Source of the DNA: Xylanibacter ruminicola 23
GTDB lineage: Bacteria > Bacteroidota > Bacteroidia > Bacteroidales > Bacteroidaceae
Direction of reading: 5' to 3'
Assembly (NCBI RefSeq): GCF_000025925.1
Contig: NC_014033.1
Span: 1,680,001-1,712,000, forward strand
DNA: 32,000 bases
Positions 7,106-17,384 of this stretch are shown here, piece after piece. The notes under the pieces were generated by a model that was given only the letters and a program-made list of their open reading frames with translations, had not been told where the DNA came from and did not search any database. Both the position numbers and the translations under genes were made by a program. The number at the start of each line of letters is the position of its first letter. The first letter of the stretch is position 1.

Positions 7106-9814
7106 ATGGAATTAGCTAGCAAATACGACCCAAAAGAGGTCGAATCGAAATGGTATCAGTACTGGCTGGACAACAAGCTCTTTGCCAGTAAGCCCGACGG
7201 ACGTCAACCTTACACAATCGTTATTCCGCCACCCAATGTAACGGGTGTGCTGCACATGGGACACATGCTGAACAACACCATCCAGGATATTCTGGTGCGT
7301 CGTGCTCGCATGGAGGGAAAGAATGCTTGTTGGGTACCAGGTACCGACCATGCTTCTATCGCTACCGAGGCTAAGGTGGTTAAGAAACTCGCCGGCGAGG
7401 GTATCAAGAAGCGTGATCTGACCCGTGAGCAGTTCCTGAAGCACGCATGGGATTGGACCGATGAGCACGGTGGCATCATCCTGAAGCAGTTGCGCCGTCT
7501 GGGTGCCAGCTGCGACTGGGACCGTACCGCATTCACTATGGACGAGACACGCAGCAAGAGCGTCATCAAAGTATTTGTAGATCTCTATAACAAAGGCCTC
7601 ATCTACCGCGGTCTCCGTATGGTAAACTGGGACCCCAAAGCTTTGACAGCACTTTCAACCGAAGAGGTGATTTATAAAGAGGAGAAGAGTCACCTGTTCC
7701 ACCTGAAATATTATGTGGATGGCTTGACCACCCTCGAAAACGAGGAGGCCTTAAAGGCTGAAGGCAACATCATCCACAAGGACGAGAAGGGCTACTATGC
7801 CGTAGTTGCTACTACACGTCCTGAGACCATCATGGGTGATACTGCTATGTGTATCAACCCCAAGGATGCCAAGAACCAGTGGCTGAAAGGTCGCAAGGTA
7901 ATTGTTCCTCTGGTAGGTCGTGTGATCCCCGTGATTGAGGACCGTTATGTAGATATCGAGTTTGGTACCGGTTGTTTGAAAGTAACCCCTGCACACGATA
8001 CCAACGACTATATGCTGGGTAAGACTCACAATCTGGAGACCATCGACATCTTTAATCCCGATGGTACCATTTCGGAGCAGAGCCCACTCTATGTAGGTAT
8101 GGACCGCATGGATTGCCGTAAGCAGATCTCGAAGGACCTGCAGGAGGCAGGATTGATGGAGCGCATTGAGGACTATATTAATAAGGTAGGTTACTCTGAG
8201 CGCAACCCTGACACCGCCATCGAGCCACGCCTCTCACTGCAGTGGTTCCTGAAGATGCAGCACTTTGCTGACATCGCTCTGCCACCAGTAATGAATGACG
8301 AACTGAAGTTCTATCCAGCAAAATACAAGAATACTTATAAGAACTGGTTGGAGAATATCCAGGACTGGTGTATCTCTCGTCAGTTGTGGTGGGGACACCG
8401 TATTCCTGCTTACTACTACGACGAAGAGAAGTTCGTTGTAGCCGAGACAGCCGAGGAGGCCCTGGAGCTGGCTCGAAAGGAGAGCGGCAACGCCAACCTG
8501 CAGATGAGCGACCTGAAACAGGACGAGGATGCCCTCGATACCTGGTTCTCATCATGGCTGTGGCCAATCTCATTGTTTGATGGTATCAACACCCCTGGCA
8601 ACGAGGAGATTAAATACTACTATCCCACTAGCGACTTGGTAACTGGTCCAGATATCATCTTCTTCTGGGTAGCTCGTATGATTATGGCCGGTGAGGAGTA
8701 CATGGGTACCTTCCCATTCAAGAACGTTTACTTCACTGGTATCGTTCGTGACAAGTTGGGTCGCAAGATGTCTAAGTCGCTCGGTAACTCACCCGATCCT
8801 ATCGAACTAATTGAGAAGTTCGGTGCCGATGGTGTACGTATGGGTATGATGCTCTCTGCACCTGCTGGTAACGATATTCTGTTCGACGAGGCACTGTGCG
8901 AGCAGGGACGTAACTTCAACAACAAGATTTGGAACGCCTTCCGCTTGGTTAAGGGTTGGAAGGTTGCAGATATCGAGCAGGCCGAAGCTGGAAAAATTGC
9001 CACCAAGTGGTTTGAGGCAAAACTGAAGCAGACCAACGCTGAGGTTGAGGATTTGTTTAAGAAGTACCGTATCAGCGAGGCCCTGATGGCTGTTTATAAG
9101 CTGTTCTGGGATGAGTTCTCAAGCTGGTACCTGGAGATGGTTAAGCCTGCCTATATCAATGGTGAGCCCCTGCCTATCGACAAGGCTACTTACGATAAGA
9201 CCCTCGAGTTCTTCGAGATTCTGTTGAAGATGCTGCACCCATTCATGCCATTCATTACTGAGGAGCTGTGGCAGCACCTGTACGATCGCAAGGATGGCGA
9301 GAGCATCATGAAGGTTAGCCTGAAGCTCGACGCTCCTACTAAGGCTGACGAAGAGCTGGCTGCTCAGATTGAGAACGTGAAGCAGATTGTATCAGGCGTT
9401 CGTATGGTTCGTAACCAGAAGAACATTGCTCCAAAAGAGCAGCTCGACCTGCAGGTTGTTAGCAAGAACGATTATGCTGCGTTTGATGCCGTCACCATCA
9501 AGATGGCTAACCTGAAGAGCATCAACGTAGTTACCGAGAAGGATGCCACCGCATCAGCCTTCATGGTAGGTACCGACGAGTTTGCAGTTCCTGTTGGTGA
9601 CATGATTGATGTTGAGGCCGAGATTGCTAAGATGGAGGCTCAGTTGCAGCACCTCGAAGGTTTCCTGGCAGGTGTGAAGAAGAAGCTCTCGAACGAGCGT
9701 TTTGTAGCCAATGCTCCTGAAGCAGTAGTTGCACTTGAGCGCAAGAAGCAGAGTGATTCTGAAGAGAAAATTGCAGCGCTGAAAGAAAGCATCGCTGCTC
9801 TGAAGAATAAATAA
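7106..9814 (+). CDS. valS: valine--tRNA ligase
   Basis: Class I HIGH ([13 protein letters not shown]) and KMSKS ([12 protein letters not shown]) motifs, editing domain, C-terminal coiled coil. The protein starts [20 protein letters not shown]. The ORF-track start at 7010 runs through the promoter and is rejected. Confidence 0.95.
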   Translation: MELASKYDPKEVESKWYQYWLDNKLFASKPDGRQPYTIVIPPPNVTGVLHMGHMLNNTIQDILVRRARMEGKNACWVPGTDHASIATEAKVVKKLAGEGIKKRDLTREQFLKHAWDWTDEHGGIILKQLRRLGASCDWDRTAFTMDETRSKSVIKVFVDLYNKGLIYRGLRMVNWDPKALTALSTEEVIYKEEKSHLFHLKYYVDGLTTLENEEALKAEGNIIHKDEKGYYAVVATTRPETIMGDTAMCINPKDAKNQWLKGRKVIVPLVGRVIPVIEDRYVDIEFGTGCLKVTPAHDTNDYMLGKTHNLETIDIFNPDGTISEQSPLYVGMDRMDCRKQISKDLQEAGLMERIEDYINKVGYSERNPDTAIEPRLSLQWFLKMQHFADIALPPVMNDELKFYPAKYKNTYKNWLENIQDWCISRQLWWGHRIPAYYYDEEKFVVAETAEEALELARKESGNANLQMSDLKQDEDALDTWFSSWLWPISLFDGINTPGNEEIKYYYPTSDLVTGPDIIFFWVARMIMAGEEYMGTFPFKNVYFTGIVRDKLGRKMSKSLGNSPDPIELIEKFGADGVRMGMMLSAPAGNDILFDEALCEQGRNFNNKIWNAFRLVKGWKVADIEQAEAGKIATKWFEAKLKQTNAEVEDLFKKYRISEALMAVYKLFWDEFSSWYLEMVKPAYINGEPLPIDKATYDKTLEFFEILLKMLHPFMPFITEELWQHLYDRKDGESIMKVSLKLDAPTKADEELAAQIENVKQIVSGVRMVRNQKNIAPKEQLDLQVVSKNDYAAFDAVTIKMANLKSINVVTEKDATASAFMVGTDEFAVPVGDMIDVEAEIAKMEAQLQHLEGFLAGVKKKLSNERFVANAPEAVVALERKKQSDSEEKIAALKESIAALKNK

Positions 9815-9821
9815 AAAGAAT

Positions 9822-9839
9822 CCCCGCCGATTGGCGGGG
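9822..9839. terminator. bidirectional intrinsic terminator between convergent valS and dsbD
   Basis: Perfect 7-bp GC stem CCCCGCC / GGCGGGG with loop GATT, flanked by an A-rich run upstream and a T-rich run downstream. Confidence 0.75.
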
Positions 9840-9844
9840 ATTTA

Positions 9845-11806
9845 TTATTTCAGGCCTTTATTCAAGAATTCAATATAACCTTGAATATCCTCATCGTAAG
9901 AACGGCTGCCCGCTAACGGGTGGCCTTCTTCGTTTAATAGCACATAGAACGGTTGGGCGTTAGCACCGAACTTCACACGCTGCAGATAGCTCCACTTATC
10001 ACCCACAGTACGCAAGGTACGCTTCTGGCCATTCTCCTCCACCTCGATAGGTGTAGCGAGTGGTGTCTTGTCGTCTACGTAAAGCGATATCAAGATATAC
10101 TTATTATTCAGGATATCAGCCACCTGAGGATCGCTCCATACAGCAGCCTCCATCTTACGACAGTTTACACAACCAAATCCAGTAAAGTCGATAATCACAG
10201 GTTTGTGCTCAGCCTTGGCAGCAGCCATACCCTGTTCGTAATCCTTGTATTTGGCCTCGGTCACCGTCTTCTGCAGATTAAAGTCCTGTGTACTCATAGG
10301 TGGTGCAAAAGCTGAAATGGCTTTCAAAGGTGCTCCCCACAAACCAGGAATCATATAAATAGTGAAAGCTAACGAAGCCATAGCCAAGAAGAACTGTGGT
10401 ACATTGGTACGATGCTTATCATCGTCGTGCGGGAACTTGAGCCAGCCCAACAAGTATGCGCCAAGCAGACCGAAGATAACAATCCACAACGACAGAAACA
10501 CCTCACGATCGAGAATATGCCAACCGTAGGCCAAATCAGCCACACTCAGGAACTTGAGTGCAAAAGCCAACTCGATAAAGCCCAAGGTTACCTTGATGGC
10601 ATTCATCCAACCACCTGACTTAGGAGCCGACTTCAACAAAGAGGGGAACATGGCAAAGAGTGTAAATGGAATGGCCAATGCAATGGCGAATCCCAACATA
10701 CCGATAGTTGGAGCCACAATGCTTCCCTGCGTAGATACAGCCACTAACAGGAATCCGATAATAGGACCGGTACATGAGAAAGACACCAAAGCCAAGGTGA
10801 ACGCCATCAGGAAGATGCTGAGCAATCCTGTAGTACTCTCGGATTTCTCATCAATCTTTGTTGACCACGACGCAGGCAAGGTGATTTCGAAAGCACCTAA
10901 GAATGAAGCGGCGAAGACAACCAACAACAGACAGAAGAAGATATTGAATACCGCATTAGTGGCCAAAGCATTCAGCGCACTGGCCCCAAACAACAGAGTA
11001 ACAGCCAAACCTAACAGCACATAGATAACCACGATGCTTGCGCCATAAGTAGTGGCCTCGCGGATAGCTTTTGAGCGATCTTTATTACGCTTGAGGAAGA
11101 AAGATACCGTCATCGGAATGATTGGCCACACACAAGGTGTGAACAAAGCAATGAAACCACCCAGCAATCCCTCAATAAAAATCAACCACAGAGCCATACT
11201 CTCGGTAGGAGCCGCATTGCCATTGAAAGCCTGCAATTCAGAAACAACAGGTGTCCACAAATCATTTGCAACAACAGCACTATCTACAGGCGCCACTACT
11301 TTCGCAGTATCTACCTCGGGAGCATCTTTTGGAACAGAAGCTTCCTCCTCAATGGAACTTTTACCACTTTGCTTAAATGTAACCTCGGATGGTGGCAGAC
11401 AAGCCTGATCGTTGCAGGCACCATACTCAATATAGCAATCGATATCGTATTGGGGCTTGGTAAACTTAATCTTCTGCACAAAGGTCACGGCCTGCTCAAA
11501 GTAGCGTACCTCCATCTCAAAGAGTTTATCAAACTGCTTGATTTCCTTGCCATGAGCCTGCAGTTTTCCTACAGGTTCGGCACCATCCATCTTATTCTTG
11601 TGGAACGAAGCCGAAATAGGGCCATCGTTACCCAAGCCTGTAGAATAGACATGCCAGCCAGCATCAATCGTTGCCTTGAATACCAGTTCAGCCTCACCAT
11701 TCTTCAAATCCTTCATCTGAGTGGTGAAGTGTACCGGATCCATCATCTGGGCCTTGGCTGCTACGAAAGCAACCAAGAGCATCCATATAGTTAAGAGTTT
11801 CTTCAT
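9845..11806 (-). CDS. dsbD: thiol:disulfide interchange protein DsbD-like
   Basis: Signal peptide plus N-terminal periplasmic domain. CcdA-type membrane core with FTPCVWP and FSCTGP cysteines. C-terminal thioredoxin fold with GCVNC (CxxC). Confidence 0.85.
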   Translation of the reverse strand: MKKLLTIWMLLVAFVAAKAQMMDPVHFTTQMKDLKNGEAELVFKATIDAGWHVYSTGLGNDGPISASFHKNKMDGAEPVGKLQAHGKEIKQFDKLFEMEVRYFEQAVTFVQKIKFTKPQYDIDCYIEYGACNDQACLPPSEVTFKQSGKSSIEEEASVPKDAPEVDTAKVVAPVDSAVVANDLWTPVVSELQAFNGNAAPTESMALWLIFIEGLLGGFIALFTPCVWPIIPMTVSFFLKRNKDRSKAIREATTYGASIVVIYVLLGLAVTLLFGASALNALATNAVFNIFFCLLLVVFAASFLGAFEITLPASWSTKIDEKSESTTGLLSIFLMAFTLALVSFSCTGPIIGFLLVAVSTQGSIVAPTIGMLGFAIALAIPFTLFAMFPSLLKSAPKSGGWMNAIKVTLGFIELAFALKFLSVADLAYGWHILDREVFLSLWIVIFGLLGAYLLGWLKFPHDDDKHRTNVPQFFLAMASLAFTIYMIPGLWGAPLKAISAFAPPMSTQDFNLQKTVTEAKYKDYEQGMAAAKAEHKPVIIDFTGFGCVNCRKMEAAVWSDPQVADILNNKYILISLYVDDKTPLATPIEVEENGQKRTLRTVGDKWSYLQRVKFGANAQPFYVLLNEEGHPLAGSRSYDEDIQGYIEFLNKGLK

Positions 11807-11821
11807 TTTTGTGCGATTTAT

Positions 11822-14014
11822 TTATCTGATAAACAACAACTCACGGTACTTGGGTAATGACCACAGACCGTCCTCAACAATCATCTCAAGATGGTCGATC
11901 TCATAACGGATGGCATCCATCTTAGGACAAACGGTATCATGATAGCTCATGGCACGCTCATGGATATTGTAGATTCGATTAGCCACACGACGAGCCTCTG
12001 TGAGATCATCAACCAACTGCTCGATACGCTCGGTACGCTCAGCAATCTCCTTAATCAGTTTCATATTACGGGCAGACAAACGCTCAGCCTCAGCCTTTGC
12101 AAACACATCCTTCATACCCTGTACATTCTTAATGAGCTGACTCTGATAGTGTGTGCTCACAGGGATGATATGGTTCATCGACAGGTCGCCCATCACACGA
12201 GCCTCAATCTGAACAGTCTTCACGTAGGTCTCCCACTTCACCTCGTTACGAGCCTCTAACTCCTTACGATTCATCACCTTTACCGACTCGAACATCTTCA
12301 CGCTGTCCTTATCCAGATAGTGCTCAATAATCTTTGGTGTTGACTTCTCGACATCCAGACCACGCTTGGCAGCCTCGGCCACCCACTCGTCGCTATAGCC
12401 ATTACCATCAAAACGGATTGGCTTACAGGTCTTAATGTCCTCACGCAGGATATCAACAATAGCCGAAAGCTTGCTCTCACCCTTGGCAATACGCTTGTCC
12501 ACACGATGCTTGAAGTTCTGCAAAGCCTCAGCCACAGCCGAGTTAAGTGCAATCATGGCTGAAGCGCAGTTTGAGGAAGAACCTGGTGCACGGAACTCGA
12601 AGCGATTACCCGTAAAGGCAAATGGCGATGTGCGGTTACGGTCGGTATTATCGATAATCAGATCAGGAATCTGTGGAATATCGATCTCCATGCCCTGCTT
12701 ACCCTTAATAGTAAAGAGATCGTCCTTATCTGAAAGTTCAATATGATCGAGCAACTCAGTAAGCTGCTTACCCAGGAATGAACTGATAATAGCAGGAGGT
12801 GCCTCGTTACCACCCAAACGATGTGCATTGGTAGCACTGACGATTGAAGCCTTCAACAGTCCGTTGTGCTTATATACACCCATCAAGGTCTCGACAATGA
12901 AAGTTACAAAGCGCAGATTCTCCTCAGGTGTTTTACCAGGCGCATGAAGCAGCACGCCACTATCGGTAGAAAGACTCCAGTTATTGTGCTTACCACTACC
13001 ATTAATGCCATCGAATGGTTTTTCGTGCAGCAACACACGGAAGCCATGCTTACGAGCCACCTTCTTCATCAGCGACATCAGCAGCATGTTATGATCGACA
13101 GCCAAGTTACACTCCTCGAAGATTGGTGCCAACTCAAACTGGTTAGGTGCTACCTCGTTATGACGGGTCTTACAAGGAATAGCCAACTCGAGTGCCTGGA
13201 TTTCCAAATCCTTCATGAAGGCCTGCACACGATCAGGGATAGTTCCGAAATAGTGGTCGTCCATCTGCTGGTTCTTGGCACTCTCATGTCCCATCAGGGT
13301 ACGACCAGTAAGCATCAGGTCGGGACGTGCCGAATACAAACCCTCATCTACCAGGAAGTACTCCTGCTCCCAACCTAAGTTTACCTGCACCTTAGCCACA
13401 TCATTGTAGAAATACTGGCACACATCGGTAGCAGCTTTGTTAACAGCATGCAGCGAACGGAGCAATGGTGCTTTATAATCGAGCGCCTCACCAGTATAAG
13501 CAATAAAAATAGTAGGGATACAGAGTGTATCGTCGATAATGAACACAGGCGATGTAGGATCCCAGGCAGAATAACCACGAGCCTCGAAAGTATTACGGAT
13601 ACCGCCATTAGGGAAGCTTGACGCATCAGGTTCCTGCTGAACCAGCAGTTTGCCACTGAAGTTCTCTACCATACCACCTTTACCATCGTGCTCCACAAAG
13701 GCGTCGTGCTTCTCGGCAGTACCCTCAGTTAATGGCTGGAACCAGTGCGTGTAATGGGTTGCTCCCATTTCCTGTGCCCATTTCTTCATACCTTCGGCCA
13801 CTTCGTCGGCAATCGAACGGTCCAAACGGGCGCCATTATCTATGACATCAATCAGTTTGTTGTACACCGTAATGGGCAGATACTTATACATCTTCTCACG
13901 GGTGAACACATACTTACCGAAATACTCTGAGGGACGCTCTGCAGGCGTTTTAACCTCTACAGCTTTTTTCTTAAAAGCCTCTTCTACAACCTGGAATCTA
14001 AGTTGATTTGACAT
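11822..14014 (-). CDS. glnA: glutamine synthetase, type III
   Basis: 730 aa, the size typical of GSIII. FGKYVF..MYKYLP N-terminus. Catalytic-domain motifs NGSGKHNNWS and RNRTSPFAFTGNRFEFRAPGSS. Confidence 0.9.
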   Translation of the reverse strand: MSNQLRFQVVEEAFKKKAVEVKTPAERPSEYFGKYVFTREKMYKYLPITVYNKLIDVIDNGARLDRSIADEVAEGMKKWAQEMGATHYTHWFQPLTEGTAEKHDAFVEHDGKGGMVENFSGKLLVQQEPDASSFPNGGIRNTFEARGYSAWDPTSPVFIIDDTLCIPTIFIAYTGEALDYKAPLLRSLHAVNKAATDVCQYFYNDVAKVQVNLGWEQEYFLVDEGLYSARPDLMLTGRTLMGHESAKNQQMDDHYFGTIPDRVQAFMKDLEIQALELAIPCKTRHNEVAPNQFELAPIFEECNLAVDHNMLLMSLMKKVARKHGFRVLLHEKPFDGINGSGKHNNWSLSTDSGVLLHAPGKTPEENLRFVTFIVETLMGVYKHNGLLKASIVSATNAHRLGGNEAPPAIISSFLGKQLTELLDHIELSDKDDLFTIKGKQGMEIDIPQIPDLIIDNTDRNRTSPFAFTGNRFEFRAPGSSSNCASAMIALNSAVAEALQNFKHRVDKRIAKGESKLSAIVDILREDIKTCKPIRFDGNGYSDEWVAEAAKRGLDVEKSTPKIIEHYLDKDSVKMFESVKVMNRKELEARNEVKWETYVKTVQIEARVMGDLSMNHIIPVSTHYQSQLIKNVQGMKDVFAKAEAERLSARNMKLIKEIAERTERIEQLVDDLTEARRVANRIYNIHERAMSYHDTVCPKMDAIRYEIDHLEMIVEDGLWSLPKYRELLFIR

Positions 14015-14056
14015 AGTCTTATATAATTTATCTTTTTACCTTTTACAATCCTACCT

Positions 14057-14941
14057 TTAATCGATGAAACGCTTCGTGATGTCACCATAGGCATCGATAC
14101 GGCGATCACGCAAGAAGGGCCACCAACGGCGCACCTGCTCAGAACGGTCCATATCCATCTCTACCACGATGCTCTCCTCATCATCAGTTGACGCCTCGTA
14201 GATAATCTCACCCTGAGGGCCGGCTACAAACGAGGTGCCCCAGAACTGGATGCCAGCAGTCTGACCAGAAGAATCGGGTTCGAAACCAACACGATTAACA
14301 GCAATCACTGGCAAACCGTTGGCCACAGCATGGCCACGCATCACTGTCTGCCAAGCCATACGCTGGCGTTGCTGCTCTTCGGGGGTATCATTATCGGCAT
14401 AACCAATAGCAGTAGGATAGATGAGCATCTCGGCACCCTGCATCGCCATCAGACGGGCAGCTTCAGGATACCACTGATCCCAACATACCAACACGCCTAA
14501 TTTTCCCACCGAGGTCTGGATAGGATGGAATCCCAAGTCACCTGGCGTAAAGTAGAACTTCTCGTAATAAGCAGGATCATCGGGAATATGCATCTTACGA
14601 TACTTACCCACAATCTCGCCATTACTCTCGATGACTACGGCTGTGTTATGATATAAACCTGGGGCGCGTTTTTCGAATAACGAAGCAACGATAACCACGC
14701 CACACTTCTTTGCCAACTCACAGTACAACTTAGTAGATGGACCAGGAATTGTCTCGGCCAAATCGAACAGATCCACATCTTCCGTCTGACAGAAGTAAAG
14801 CGTATTATGCAACTCCTGCAGTACAATGAGTTGCGCACCACGTTTTGCCAGATCGGTGATCCCCTCACCCAATCTCAGGATATTGTCCTTGGTGTCAGCA
14901 GTATTATGCTGCTGCAAAAAACCCACTTTTAACTCTCTCAT
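14057..14941 (-). CDS. aguB: N-carbamoylputrescine amidase (C-N hydrolase family)
   Basis: Nitrilase-superfamily motifs (LQELH, YRKMHIP, VLVCWDQWYPE with the catalytic Cys). ATG 14941 overlaps the aguA stop as ATGA. The longer ORF-track start 14968 lies inside aguA. Confidence 0.85.
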   Translation of the reverse strand: MRELKVGFLQQHNTADTKDNILRLGEGITDLAKRGAQLIVLQELHNTLYFCQTEDVDLFDLAETIPGPSTKLYCELAKKCGVVIVASLFEKRAPGLYHNTAVVIESNGEIVGKYRKMHIPDDPAYYEKFYFTPGDLGFHPIQTSVGKLGVLVCWDQWYPEAARLMAMQGAEMLIYPTAIGYADNDTPEEQQRQRMAWQTVMRGHAVANGLPVIAVNRVGFEPDSSGQTAGIQFWGTSFVAGPQGEIIYEASTDDEESIVVEMDMDRSEQVRRWWPFLRDRRIDAYGDITKRFID

Positions 14942-15954
14942 AATTTTGGATATTGCATGGTGCAGCAATGGAGTGAACCATGCTGCTTAATGATACTTCT
15001 ACAATCGATACCTACAACCTCCCTACCCTCGTGGGCCTCACCAATCAATTTCAGAGCCTCAGCATCAAGATCGGGCTGGTTATAAGTAGGCACTAATACA
15101 GCACCATTCAATATTAAATAATTAGCATAGGTAGCTGGCAGACGCTCACCTTCGTCAAAGATAGCTCGTGGCATAGGTAACTTCACCAACTTATAGGGTT
15201 TACCAGCCATGGTACGGAAGGTCTTGAGTTGTTCTTCCATCTTCTTCAAATCTTCGTAGTGCTCATCAGTCTCATCATCGCACCCTATATATAATAAGGT
15301 GTCGTTAGGGGCAATACGGACCAAAGTATCGATATGTCCATCAGTATCATCACCTACCAAATGACCATAATCGATCCATAGCACACGCTCTGAGCAAAGG
15401 TCACGCTTTAGTCGCGCTTCGATTTCAGCTTTTGTCATTGGCTGATTACGATGAGGAGCCAACAAGCAACAAGAGGTAGTAAAAATGGTACCCTGACCAT
15501 CGCTCTCAATCGAACCACCTTCGAGTACGAAGTCCAGACAATCCACATATTCGCCTTTAACCTTACCTTCATCATAGATACGACGATTAATGGCATTATC
15601 TAACTCAGACTCAAACTTTTCGCCCCAACCATTAAAGCAGAAATCCAACAAGCGAGCATCACCTTGATCATCAACCAATGTAATGAAACCATGATCGCGC
15701 GCCCAAGTATCGTTCGAATTGATAGTTGACAATTGATAGTTGACAGTTGAGCCAACATTCTTAGGAGCAACTATGAGAAGAGGTTCACGTTTTGATATTT
15801 CGCGAGCCATTTCTTCGTAAGTCTCAGTGATTTCATCGAGCATGGGTGCCCAGTCTGTTTTTGCATGCGGCCAAGTTAGCTGCACCATTGATTGTGGCTC
15901 CCATTCAGCAGGTAGACGCCACTGTTTTGTTGCGTTATTTTTTTCTATGCTCAT
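14938..15954 (-). CDS. aguA: agmatine deiminase
   Basis: PAD_porph family: LPAEWEPQS, NDTWARDHG, GGSIESDG, DDTDGHIDT, C-terminal GSLHCCTMQ (catalytic Cys). Confidence 0.88.
   Translation of the reverse strand: MSIEKNNATKQWRLPAEWEPQSMVQLTWPHAKTDWAPMLDEITETYEEMAREISKREPLLIVAPKNVGSTVNYQLSTINSNDTWARDHGFITLVDDQGDARLLDFCFNGWGEKFESELDNAINRRIYDEGKVKGEYVDCLDFVLEGGSIESDGQGTIFTTSCCLLAPHRNQPMTKAEIEARLKRDLCSERVLWIDYGHLVGDDTDGHIDTLVRIAPNDTLLYIGCDDETDEHYEDLKKMEEQLKTFRTMAGKPYKLVKLPMPRAIFDEGERLPATYANYLILNGAVLVPTYNQPDLDAEALKLIGEAHEGREVVGIDCRSIIKQHGSLHCCTMQYPKL
15717..15744. repeat. perfect 14-bp tandem duplication (AATTGATAGTTGAC x2) inside aguA
   Basis: Read directly at 15717-15730 and 15731-15744, followed by a partial third unit agttgag. 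Confidence 0.9.
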
Positions 15955-15964
15955 AATTTTGGCG

Positions 15965-15972
15965 CAAAGTTA
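15965..15972 (-). promoter_or_regulatory. -7 box TAACTTTG upstream of aguA
   Basis: Minus strand TAACTTTG, 10 nt upstream of ATG 15954, in the divergent 84-bp spacer. Confidence 0.35.
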
Positions 15973-16015
15973 CAAAAAAATGAGTAATAACTGATGGCAT
16001 GATGAGATTTTTTTG

Positions 16016-16023
16016 TATTTTTG
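16016..16023 (+). promoter_or_regulatory. -7 box TATTTTTG upstream of the ABC-like operon
   Basis: TATTTTTG, 15 nt upstream of ATG 16039. Confidence 0.4.
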
Positions 16024-16038
16024 CACAAACAATTTAAT

Positions 16039-16641
16039 ATGTTAGAGGTTAAAGACGCGACAATAGCCGTTTCGGGAAAGGTTTTGGTAAAGAACCTGTC
16101 CTTTATAGCGGACGATGGAAAAATCACATGCATCACGGGCCCAGAAGGTTCGGGCAAGACTACTTTCCTGCGTACCCTAATGGGATTCCTACCTGTAACC
16201 GATGGTTTTGTGAGTGTGGATGGAGAATTGTTGACGGTACAATCTGCGCCTGCTTTCCGAAAGATGATGTGCTATCTACCTCAGAACATCCACCTGTTGC
16301 GTAACCAACTATACCAACCGCTATCGCCACAAGTAGAAGCTGAAGAGTATGGTGTTTGGAATAGCGAGTTACCATCTGTTGCTGAAATACCAGAGACAGA
16401 GCCATTGTCGCCCGAAGAGGTGCTACGTTTGGCAAGCATAACCATAGCAGAGGCAACCAACAAGCCGATTCTGGTGGCAGACGAACCAGCCTCGCACCTC
16501 TCGCCAGAGTTAACACCCAAAATACTACAGTTATTACAACAGCAAGCAGCACAAGGCAAATGCGTTTTGATAGCCAGTCGCAACCCGCAACTTATAACAT
16601 ATGCCCATCATGTAATTGATTTAAACCAGTTTCAGATATGA
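16039..16641 (+). CDS. ABC-type ATPase, FetA/YbbL-like, with degenerate signature and H-loop
   Basis: Walker A GPEGSGKTT, Q-loop YLPQN, Walker B ILVADEP. The signature position reads LSPEE (not LSGGx) and the H-loop position reads SRN (not THD). The stop overlaps the next ATG as ATGA. Confidence 0.7.
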   Translation: MLEVKDATIAVSGKVLVKNLSFIADDGKITCITGPEGSGKTTFLRTLMGFLPVTDGFVSVDGELLTVQSAPAFRKMMCYLPQNIHLLRNQLYQPLSPQVEAEEYGVWNSELPSVAEIPETEPLSPEEVLRLASITIAEATNKPILVADEPASHLSPELTPKILQLLQQQAAQGKCVLIASRNPQLITYAHHVIDLNQFQI

Positions 16642-17384
16642 CTACAACATTGATACTACATACCATTTTAGCACTTTTGCTACTAATTTTACCTTTTGGA
16701 GCACTTTATTTGTTAGACCGCCCCACCATGAAACCACTCGCCGTGGCATTAACGAAAGGATTTGTGCAGTTACTCATCTTTTCGCTGATTGCATGGGGCG
16801 TATATAAGGTAGATAACATCTGGCTATCCATTGGATGGCTATTAGTGATTGCTGTATGGGCAGGATTCTTGGTTATCAACAAATGCAAGCTGACCATCCA
16901 AAGTTATCTTTTCCCAACAAGTGCAGGACTATTTGTTGGCGTGTTATTGATTGGACTATGGCTTTTGGTAGCAGTTCTACCTATCGATCATATATCTGCC
17001 CGTTGGTTTATACCTGTCATGGCGGTACTATTGGGACATTCGTCAGCTATGCAAGTAAGAGGTCTCGGCAATTTTGTAACGATGTCGCAACGCAACCGCG
17101 GGCAATATGATTTTATGTTAGGTAATGGTGCATCGCAATGGCAAGCCCTGGTACCTTTTATGCGCACCAGTCTGTTAGCCATTCTGTCGCCAACTATCGC
17201 CAACCTTTCTGCATTAGCATTAGCCTCTCTCCCACTATTGTTCTGTGGTATGCTTCTAGGTGGTTTTGCCCCCATCAATGCTTTTGCCATGATGGTTTAT
17301 GCCGTACTGGGATGTATTGCATCATCGGTATCGGCATTAGGAATTACATTGGTTATCATTAAGTACATCCATCGATTATCATGA
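16638..17384 (+). CDS. FetB/YbbM-like (UPF0014) ABC permease
   Basis: About 7 TM helices, 248 aa. The C-terminal half (IPVMAVLLGHSS...LGNGASQWQA...SPTIANLSALALASLPLLFCGMLLGG) follows my recollection of E. coli FetB (IPIAGMIAGNAM...LSLGATPKQA...IPTVDSAKTVGLVSLPGMMSGLIFAG). Confidence 0.65.
   Translation: MTTTLILHTILALLLLILPFGALYLLDRPTMKPLAVALTKGFVQLLIFSLIAWGVYKVDNIWLSIGWLLVIAVWAGFLVINKCKLTIQSYLFPTSAGLFVGVLLIGLWLLVAVLPIDHISARWFIPVMAVLLGHSSAMQVRGLGNFVTMSQRNRGQYDFMLGNGASQWQALVPFMRTSLLAILSPTIANLSALALASLPLLFCGMLLGGFAPINAFAMMVYAVLGCIASSVSALGITLVIIKYIHRLS

Noticed and set aside
7112-9036. Antisense ORFs inside valS (7112-7468, 7210-7569, 7751-8029, 8178-8573, 8416-8601, 8728-9036), and similar shadow ORFs inside glnA, dsbD, the L,D-transpeptidase gene, rnz and aguB.
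   Set aside because: They lie opposite strongly supported genes. Their composition is low-complexity and Arg/Ser/Pro-rich, with no motifs. These are typical shadow ORFs of GC-balanced coding sequence.
15951-16157. 68-aa minus-strand ORF spanning the aguA / ABC-operon divergent promoter.
   Set aside because: It runs through the promoter boxes and the 5' end of the ABC ATPase gene, and has no recognisable features.
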